64,000 nt of DNA from an uncultured Acidimicrobiia bacterium (lineage in GTDB: Bacteria; Acidobacteriota; Terriglobia; Versatilivoradales; Versatilivoraceae). The position numbers were made by a program, and so were the translations under genes. The stretch spans positions 800,001 through 864,000 of the forward strand of contig CAWBAT010000005.1 of NCBI GenBank assembly GCA_963786955.1. Direction: 5' to 3'. The notes under the pieces are model-generated. The model was not told the origin of the DNA. It saw only the letters and a program-made list of their open reading frames with translations, and did not search any database. Of the stretch, positions 57,050 through 64,000 are shown in pieces (the stretch's first letter is position 1; every line of letters starts with the position of its first letter).

Positions 57050-57484
57050 ATGAACTCTGAAAGTTTCCGTGTGCTTCAAATCGATCATGTCGAGTTGTTT
57101 GTGCCAGACCGTCAGGCAGCGGCTGCGTGGTATGAGAGAGTTTTAGGTCTCGTTCCTGTCCCCAAAGCCACGCAGTGGGCAGAAGATCCTGAGGGTCCCC
57201 TCATGATCTCCCCGGACGACGGAAAGACGATGCTGGCGCTTTTCCAGGGGACGCCTCGAGGCGAGCGGCCCACGGCAGGGTTTCATCGGGTGGCGTTTCG
57301 GGTTAATGCCAAGGGTTTCCTGGCTTTCCTAGACCGGATCAAAGGGATGAAGATCGAATCGACTCGGTTGCGGGACCACGATCAAGCCATCTCGATTTAC
57401 TTCGATGATCCCTACGGACATCATCTGGAAGTGACCACGTATGAATCGGCTGAAGTTCGTCTTCTTCTACCCCGCCACGCGTAG
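57050..57484 (+). CDS. VOC/glyoxalase family protein
   Basis: IDHVELFV..WYERVLG, HRVAF and SIYFDDPYGHHLE motifs. Confidence 0.88.
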   Translation: MNSESFRVLQIDHVELFVPDRQAAAAWYERVLGLVPVPKATQWAEDPEGPLMISPDDGKTMLALFQGTPRGERPTAGFHRVAFRVNAKGFLAFLDRIKGMKIESTRLRDHDQAISIYFDDPYGHHLEVTTYESAEVRLLLPRHA

Positions 57485-57596
57485 TTCCGAATCTCGAAGT
57501 TATACTGGTGTCAACTTGTGCCAAAGGCACATGGGACCGCTGCCCCTCTGCGCAACCTCAAAGAACGTGCGTTCATATATTTCAGGCCACTTGGAG

Positions 57597-57647
57597 GCAG
57601 GTGGGGACGCCTATACCACAAGATTGTGGCGCGGGCCTCTGGCCTGG
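57597..57647. repeat. REP-like (GTGG-type) inverted doublet
   Basis: GCAGGTGGGGACGCCTATACCAC, a 6-nt spacer, then GTGGCGCGGGCCTCTGGCCTGG; same layout as 2051-2107. Confidence 0.5.
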
Positions 57648-57972
57648 ACAAATGTCCAGGCTTGAATGAACGCGAATTCCGAAATTGGGCGACCGGGATT
57701 TCTATCTTTTTGGTGATTTGCCTCTGAAGTGCAAAACGCTCAGGAAGGGAAAAAGTATACCGATGACCTGCCGAATCAGGTGGAATACGCACTTCGCCGC
57801 GCGTTCATTAAGCGGGCGCGGGAGCGCCCCCTCCACCCAGCAACGCTCATGCAAATTCGGAATTCGAAATAAACGCGCGGCGTGGGATTGGATGCAAATA
57901 CTGCGCGGAAAAGTCTACGATGAATGCAGAAAACGTCTTCATCGTGGCTATCAAACCCCTGCAATTCCCTAA

Positions 57973-58590
57973 TCACAGAGAATCGGTTTCGCGAATTTCA
58001 CGAACGATGCCGTTTACGGATTCTCGATCATTTTGGAACAGGCTAATTCCTGCAATTCCGGCTGCACCCATCTTTAAACATTCAGAATAATTCTGCCGGT
58101 TAATGCCTCCGAGCGCAAAAACAGGAACCTTCGAGCATTCACAAGCCTCTCTGAGCTTTCCCATTCCCACGGCCGGGCCGTAGCAGGCTTTCGAAGGTGT
58201 GAAGAAAACTGGACCGAAAGTCAGATAGCTGACTCCTTCTTGATGAACTCTTCGCAATTCCTCGAGGGAATGAGTCGAGGCACCCACAAGAAAATTTCCC
58301 TCGGAAACCTTGGCGCGAACCGCGGAAGGTGCGATGGCCTGTTGCCCAAGGTGTATTCCGTTTAAGCCGGCCGCCAGAGCAATATCTAACCGGTCATTGA
58401 TCAAGATCTGGGTAGCATGCTTTCGCGCAAGTATCCGGGCGGAAACAGCCAGATCAAAAAGCTCGCGTGATGAAAGATCCTTTTCCCGGATCTGCACATA
58501 GTCTACCCCGGCTTCGATTGCGATTTGGATTTGTTCGAGAATGGGTTTTAAGGAGGTGCGCCGATCCGTGATGTAATAAGACTGCGGCAT
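57973..58590 (-). CDS. thiE: Thiamine phosphate synthase (ThiE/TenI family)
   Basis: YYITD, QIREKD, INDRLD, GIHLG, STHS, GPVF.TPSK and FALGGI motifs. Confidence 0.88.
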   Translation of the reverse strand: MPQSYYITDRRTSLKPILEQIQIAIEAGVDYVQIREKDLSSRELFDLAVSARILARKHATQILINDRLDIALAAGLNGIHLGQQAIAPSAVRAKVSEGNFLVGASTHSLEELRRVHQEGVSYLTFGPVFFTPSKACYGPAVGMGKLREACECSKVPVFALGGINRQNYSECLKMGAAGIAGISLFQNDRESVNGIVREIRETDSL

Positions 58591-58591
58591 G

Positions 58592-58843
58592 TCATTCGTG
58601 ATTTACTTGTGAAACGGCCAGCTTGAAGTGCATGGCTTCGAACACACCTATCCCGATATCCACAATTCCCAGGCCAGAAACTGCTCCACGGAAGTAATTG
58701 CTCAGGACAAATTCGCGAAACAACGGGGCGTAACTCAGAAAGAGATTGTTCTCCCAGTACTGAGACCAGGGGAAAATGATGAGGAAGAGCCCAAGCTCAA
58801 AACAGAAAAAGATGAAGGCGATTACCAGAATCTTACTGACCAT
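58592..58843 (-). CDS. Small conserved membrane protein
   Basis: ELGLFL..PW..YWENN..RGAVSGLG; two hydrophobic segments; overlaps its upstream neighbour and abuts thiE. Confidence 0.75.
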   Translation of the reverse strand: MVSKILVIAFIFFCFELGLFLIIFPWSQYWENNLFLSYAPLFREFVLSNYFRGAVSGLGIVDIGIGVFEAMHFKLAVSQVNHE

Positions 58844-61538
58844 TAACCCTGTTCTTCAAGGTCTCGATCTTGTCGGAAACGTCACGGTAATTAATATCAG
58901 TCCCATAGACGTCCAAGAAAGTCTCTAAGGCAGCCTTGTCATTTCCGGCAAGTTCGTGGGCACAAGCAAGGTCGTAGCGCAGTGCCTGGTACGTTTCTTC
59001 GGAATGGCCTCGGCTCGACAGGCCTTTAGTAAACCATTTGACGGCAACCTGTGGCAACCCTTTTTCTACAAAGCAGAGTCCAAGCAGGTTGCAGCACTTC
59101 ACATAGTCTTCGCTGTCGGCATCAAGGTTTTTGTTTTGCATCGCTTTTTGGAACTCTGCGATCGCTTCTTCTAAGAGTCCCATTTCTCTAAAGGCGATGC
59201 CCAGGCTATAGTGAGTCTCGTAATCGCTGTCTCCCAGGTCTTCATCGATGTCCTGTTTGAATTCCTGAAATACGTCGTCCAATCCCATGGAAGCGGCTGT
59301 TTCATTCTGCACCTTGTGCAGCTGCGCTTCTCTTGGAGCTGCTTTCGGGGCTTCGACTGCTAACGAAGGTAATGGGAGCGGCTCGAGCGACGATTCGTCC
59401 ATTTCCTGGTCCAGGTCTATCATCATTTCATTGAAAGACTCGCTTTTAACCGTCGCCGGCGGGGAAGAATTGGACACCGGATCCTGGATCACCGGCTCTG
59501 TAATGGATGTCGTCTCCAGATCAGTGGGCACTTCCACCTCAGCAGACTGGGAATAACTCTCCACCGAAGAAATCTGGTTCGTTTCAAATTGCTCAACCTG
59601 GGCCGACTCGAAAATTTCCTGTGGAGCGACATCAACCGTTTCCACCTTCGGGACATCTGCGGATAGACCAGCCTGCGCATTTAGCATTGTTTCAAAACGT
59701 TCCAGCCGCTTTTGGATGTCCGGTCCTGATTCACTGAGACTGAGGTACTGATCAATTGAGTTCTTGGCTTCGGTCAAGAATCCGAGGTCGAGGTAGAAAT
59801 CAACCTCCTGCAACAACTCCTGAATTTTTCGGCTATCCACAAGTTCAGGCGTGGGAACAGGAGACTCCTCCTTCTCCGTTGGCGAAAGTTCCGGATCCCG
59901 TTCTTGCTGAGCCGCCGGCTGATCCTGGTAGATTGGTTTTTGATGCAAGTCCGGATCGTACTGATAGGCCAGCGTAAAGTTTCGGCTGGCATTATCGTTG
60001 TCACTCCGCGAGGTGTAGATGTTGGCCAAGATCAGACACTCTTGAGCTGCCTCCGACATCTGCCCGCTTTTGGCAAACATGTCGCGGATCTTCTCGTGCG
60101 CTTCAATATGGCTGGGGATGAGTTCTGCTATTCGACGATACTGTTCAATGGCTTTATGATAGAGCCCGTATCCGGCAAAGAGGTCTCCTTCCACCATGAA
60201 GCCCTTAATTTGTTCCTGGTTCCCCACAAAGGCCGACGCCTCACTGGAATCTGTTTGCCCGCTCCTAGAGTTGGAAATGGTCTTCAAGGTGGGTTCCGAA
60301 ATGAACCTTTCCGCAAGGGCTTTCATGTCTGGAACCAGCTTGGGCAACTTGACGTCGTCGTTCAAGGTTCCGAGACGTTCCTTGATTTGACGCAAATTCT
60401 CCCGATGAACAGGTTCGTTGGGCTCCAGCGCAATCAGTTCGAAATAAAGACTGGCAGCTTCTTCAAATTGTTTATTCCGGATATAGAGTTCGCCTGCTTT
60501 CTCGAGGAGGGATGGAATAAACTGAAGCTGATTGGTCTTGGTATAATACTTGATCAATTCCAAAATCGAAGGAATATGATCTTCCTTCCGGCGAAGGATC
60601 TCTTTTAACTGAGCTTCCAACTGCGCGCTCTCCCCTTTGTTAACAGGCAGCTCCGATACCCGACTCATGATGGAACAAGCTTGATCCAATTCGTTTTTCT
60701 GAATGAGGTGAGAGCTCAGCTGGGGGATGAGCTGCAGATAGCTGGGGTCGAGCTCAATGAGATGCAGAGCAATTTTTTCCGCTTCCTCCAGTCTTTCGCA
60801 TTTCAGGTGGACCAGGAAGCTCGCCTCCAGCACCTCTGGATTAAAATCATGGAAAGGGATCCGGTTCAAAGTCTCCAGTGCATCATCATTGCGACCAAGT
60901 TCTCCGAGCACATTGGAGTATTGAATGACTGCCTGGATATGCGTTCCATCCAGATCTAGAGCTTTCTTGAGATAGGCCTCGGCTTCCTCGAAGGCTCCAC
61001 GGTTCTTGGCCTTCCGCCCTGAAGAAAGGAAGGCGGCAAAGGCTGCGCCGCTATTCCCCAGTTTCTGGTAGACATCGGCAATTCGGCCCTCGACTGAAGG
61101 GTTTTCCGGATCGACTTCAATGACGCGTTGCAGGACATTCGCCGCATTTTCCCAATCGCTCTTCTTAATGAAATGATCGGCCACCTGCAGGAAATTGGTC
61201 CGCGCTTCACTATTTAGGCCCTGGCGAAGGTATAAGTCTGCCAAACGCAAGCATGACTGAATCTGTGCCGAGTCAATCTTGCTGACCTTCTTATACATCG
61301 CAATGGCGCGAACCACAAAACCGCCATTGTCGTAACTCTCGGCAAGCCTCGTAAAACATCTAACCGCTTCGGGAATATTCCCAATCCGGACATATAAATC
61401 CCCCAGAGTGTTGACCAGGGGAAGGTCTGTGGGATCTTCCTTGATCAGCTTCTGGTATTCAGATATGGCATGGCTGATTTTGCCCTGAATGACGTACTTT
61501 TCAGCGACTTTCAATACTTTGGCCTTATTTAAAGCCAT
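58833..61538 (-). CDS. Large TPR protein (SgmX-like architecture)
   Basis: N-terminal TPR array (AISEYQKL..DP.D..NTLGDLY), acidic linker and C-terminal TPRs (DYETHYSLGIAFREMGL..YRDV). Confidence 0.85.
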   Translation of the reverse strand: MALNKAKVLKVAEKYVIQGKISHAISEYQKLIKEDPTDLPLVNTLGDLYVRIGNIPEAVRCFTRLAESYDNGGFVVRAIAMYKKVSKIDSAQIQSCLRLADLYLRQGLNSEARTNFLQVADHFIKKSDWENAANVLQRVIEVDPENPSVEGRIADVYQKLGNSGAAFAAFLSSGRKAKNRGAFEEAEAYLKKALDLDGTHIQAVIQYSNVLGELGRNDDALETLNRIPFHDFNPEVLEASFLVHLKCERLEEAEKIALHLIELDPSYLQLIPQLSSHLIQKNELDQACSIMSRVSELPVNKGESAQLEAQLKEILRRKEDHIPSILELIKYYTKTNQLQFIPSLLEKAGELYIRNKQFEEAASLYFELIALEPNEPVHRENLRQIKERLGTLNDDVKLPKLVPDMKALAERFISEPTLKTISNSRSGQTDSSEASAFVGNQEQIKGFMVEGDLFAGYGLYHKAIEQYRRIAELIPSHIEAHEKIRDMFAKSGQMSEAAQECLILANIYTSRSDNDNASRNFTLAYQYDPDLHQKPIYQDQPAAQQERDPELSPTEKEESPVPTPELVDSRKIQELLQEVDFYLDLGFLTEAKNSIDQYLSLSESGPDIQKRLERFETMLNAQAGLSADVPKVETVDVAPQEIFESAQVEQFETNQISSVESYSQSAEVEVPTDLETTSITEPVIQDPVSNSSPPATVKSESFNEMMIDLDQEMDESSLEPLPLPSLAVEAPKAAPREAQLHKVQNETAASMGLDDVFQEFKQDIDEDLGDSDYETHYSLGIAFREMGLLEEAIAEFQKAMQNKNLDADSEDYVKCCNLLGLCFVEKGLPQVAVKWFTKGLSSRGHSEETYQALRYDLACAHELAGNDKAALETFLDVYGTDINYRDVSDKIETLKNRVNGQ

Positions 61539-61605
61539 TGCCCATCCTTGTCTCGAAACTCGTTCACTTAAATGAAGGAAAATCTAACATCGGGCCCTGT
61601 TGGAG

Positions 61606-62223
61606 TCAAATAGGGACTCCCCGAAAACTCCGTCTGTGCCGGTCCGTTGGGCCCAGTTTGGACAATGCTTCCAGATGAACCGCCGTACCATATCCCTTGT
61701 TTTTATTTAAGCCATAGCCGGGATATACGACAGCCAGTGCCGAAACCAATTGATCCCTTGCAACCTTGGCCACGATCGAAGCAGCCCCTATGGACGCCGA
61801 TAGGGCATCCCCTCTGATAATGGATTTCTCCGGAATCCCCAAACCGGCCTTCAATGTCCCGTCAATCAATAAGAAATCTGGTTTTTGCATCAGTCCTAAA
61901 ACCGCTGCTTGCAATGCCTTGATCGTGGCCTGGAGAATATTAATCTGATCAATCTCGTCGGCTTCAACAAACGCAATCGAACAGCTCACGGCAGTTTCTC
62001 TTATATTTTCGGCCAAAACCTGGCGTTGCTTAGGGTTAAGTTTCTTAGAATCTTTAATGCCTGGAGGAACCTTTTGGAGGTCCAGGATGACAGCAGCAAC
62101 GCAGACAGGTCCAAACAAGGCCCCTCTCCCTACTTCATCTATTCCTGCGATTCGAGAAAACCCTTGCTCGATGGCCTGAAATTCAAAAAAAAGGCTGCCC
62201 CCTTTGGTCTCGTTTGTTTCCAT
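61606..62223 (-). CDS. rnhB: Ribonuclease HII
   Basis: GIDEVGRG, DSKKL, IDG, IGAASIVAKVARD, KGYGT and HRRSF motifs. Confidence 0.95.
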   Translation of the reverse strand: METNETKGGSLFFEFQAIEQGFSRIAGIDEVGRGALFGPVCVAAVILDLQKVPPGIKDSKKLNPKQRQVLAENIRETAVSCSIAFVEADEIDQINILQATIKALQAAVLGLMQKPDFLLIDGTLKAGLGIPEKSIIRGDALSASIGAASIVAKVARDQLVSALAVVYPGYGLNKNKGYGTAVHLEALSKLGPTDRHRRSFRGVPI

Positions 62224-62377
62224 TGGAGGGGGAGTAACGCACATCGAAGACGGAAGCCGTAACCGCTTAGATTAAGAGATTGCCGATATGGAGCGAGAGC
62301 AAGGAATAGCGTCGTGCGCTCGCTTTAATGAATTCAACAGGACAATGAGGGGTCGAGGGAGTGAGGAGATGTTTCTT

Positions 62378-62725
62378 CTAGATAGTCTTCATTTCCTTGA
62401 TCTTTGCAGCTTTTCCTCTAAGCGCCCGCAAATAATAGAGCTTGGCTCTGCGAACCTTTCCTTTCTTGGCAACTTCAATCTTATCAATGACCGGAGAATG
62501 TAAAGGGAAAATCCTTTCAACGCCCTGGCCAAAGGAGGTCTTCCGTACCGTAAAAGTGGAACGTAGATCGCCATTCTTCCTTGCGATCACAACTCCTTCG
62601 AAAACCTGAATTCTTTCTTTATCGCCTTCCTTAATCTTGACATGCACTCGAACGGTGTCTCCGACCCGGAACTCGGGGAGGTCGGTCCGCATTTCTTCTT
62701 TTTCGACAATATTTAATGCATTCAT
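62378..62725 (-). CDS. rplS: 50S ribosomal protein L19
   Basis: [23 protein letters not shown] and [10 protein letters not shown] motifs. Confidence 0.98.
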   Translation of the reverse strand: MNALNIVEKEEMRTDLPEFRVGDTVRVHVKIKEGDKERIQVFEGVVIARKNGDLRSTFTVRKTSFGQGVERIFPLHSPVIDKIEVAKKGKVRRAKLYYLRALRGKAAKIKEMKTI

Positions 62726-62746
62726 TGCAGTTAGCCTGTCTTTAAC

Positions 62747-63542
62747 TTAGAGTTTCGAGCTGGAAATCAGAAGTCGCCTATCCTCTTCTGATAAGAGGTC
62801 GTATTCTAATAGGTCAGGGCGATTTTTCAAAGTTTTTTCTAGAGCTTTTTTTCTTCGCCATTGCTTGATCTTCGTATGGTCCCCAGAAAGCAGGACTTCT
62901 GGGACTTTGTTCCCTTCAAAATCCTCTGGGCGGGTGTAATGAGGGCAATCCAGCAAGGGGTATTCAGGGTTTGGGAGAATCTCCTCCCGAAAATGCGGAA
63001 AAGGATTCATTCATTGCACTGGACTGGTTGTTCAGTGCTCCAGGCAGAAGCCGGGTGACCGCATCAATGAAGACACAGGCCGGCAGTTCTCCTCCGCTCA
63101 ATACATAATCCCCAATTGAGATTTCATCATCCACGAGAGCCTCAACTACTCGTTCATCCACTCCCTCGTATCGACCACAGATCAGGACCAGCTCTTCGAA
63201 ACCTGAGTATCGGGAAACCAATTCTTGATCGAGAGGCTTTCCTTGGGGCGTCAGAAGAATGACATGCCCTGGCCGATCTGGATTCTGCGACTGCACAGCA
63301 CGAATGGCACGAAACAGCGGCTCGGGCTTGAGCACCATACCTTCTCCCCCTCCAAAAGGGCGGTCGTCAACGGTACGATGTTTGTCAAAAGTGAATTCTC
63401 GAAGATCATGGATCTGGATCTCGACGATCTTTCTCTTGATGGCCTGGAAGACAATTCCAAAGGAGAGGGGACTTGAGAAGAAATCAGGAAAGATTGTAAT
63501 AATTTCAAATTTCAGAGGCAACATCGCGCCGGGAGGAAACAC
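62747..63542 (-). CDS. trmD: tRNA (guanine37-N1)-methyltransferase, frameshifted
   Basis: [38 protein letters not shown] and [10 protein letters not shown] motifs. Confidence 0.95.
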
Positions 63543-63559
63543 AGATAGCGGAACAGGGA

Positions 63560-64000
63560 TTATAATTCTTCCAGTCCTTCAGGCAGGTCACACCGAATCA
63601 ATCTCTCTTGTAGATCAATTCCCAGAAAAAAAGCTTCAACGAAAGGGACGAGGAATTCTCTGGAGGCTCCCTGGATCTTCAGCAGATAGTTCGACCCATA
63701 TTGGACCACTTCGATGACCTTTCCATATTCCTCACCGGACTTACCGATCAGGGAGCAACCCACTAGATCGTCTTGGAAATAAGTACCCGCCGGGAGAGGA
63801 ATTTTTTCCGACTCAAGAACAGTGACCTCGTATCCGGCCAGTTTCTTGGCCTGATCAATCGAATCGATTCCTTGAAACTTCAGAATGACTCTGTTCTTGT
63901 GGAGCCAAAAAGAATCGAGAACAAGTTCCCGTGACGCTTCTCCATCCTTTTCCAGCACCACCTCACGGAGATGAGAGAAACGTTCAGGAAAATCCGTCAG
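63560..64000 (-). CDS. rimM: Ribosome maturation factor RimM; 5' end lies outside the window
   Basis: TDFPERF.., [19 protein letters not shown] and LPEGL motifs; rimM-trmD-rplS order. Confidence 0.93.
   Translation of the reverse strand: MTDFPERFSHLREVVLEKDGEASRELVLDSFWLHKNRVILKFQGIDSIDQAKKLAGYEVTVLESEKIPLPAGTYFQDDLVGCSLIGKSGEEYGKVIEVVQYGSNYLLKIQGASREFLVPFVEAFFLGIDLQERLIRCDLPEGLEEL

Noticed and set aside
215-63717. Numerous short antisense or overlapping ORFs in the six-frame track
   Set aside because: They shadow well-supported genes on the other strand or frame and carry no motifs
1-64000. CRISPR array, cas genes, prophage, integrase, IS transposase, rRNA
   Set aside because: No regularly spaced repeats and no ORF with the relevant motifs were seen

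Overview
A 64 kb bacterial chromosomal segment, most likely from an Acidobacteriota genome. This is inferred from an acidobacterial-type VWA protein, an FHA-GAF-PP2C phosphatase and several lineage-typical hypotheticals. It is mostly housekeeping: polA, radC, miaA-hfq-hflX, uvrA, pdxJ, fabI, dacB, rex, moaDE, tRNA-Ile2(CAT), rnhA, mqnA, lctP, ctpA, an ABC-F ATPase, thiE and rimM-trmD-rplS-rnhB. About twenty genes, including polA and trmD, are broken by small indels. These are best read as long-read consensus errors, so they are reported as reconstructed CDSs with approximate ends. I found no CRISPR array, prophage, transposase or rRNA. The best candidates for undescribed biology are modest in scale. 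They are three small ORFs missed by the ORF track (a 31-aa hydrophobic peptide coupled to miaA, a 44-aa single-TM protein after rex, and a 35-aa Cys/His peptide), a hidden PilZ gene, a small-protein + nucleotidyltransferase TA-like pair, a period-7 hairpin element between polA and an HD gene, REP-like doublets, an SgmX-like TPR protein in the rplS operon, an orphan type III PKS and an uncharacterised radical SAM enzyme next to fabI.
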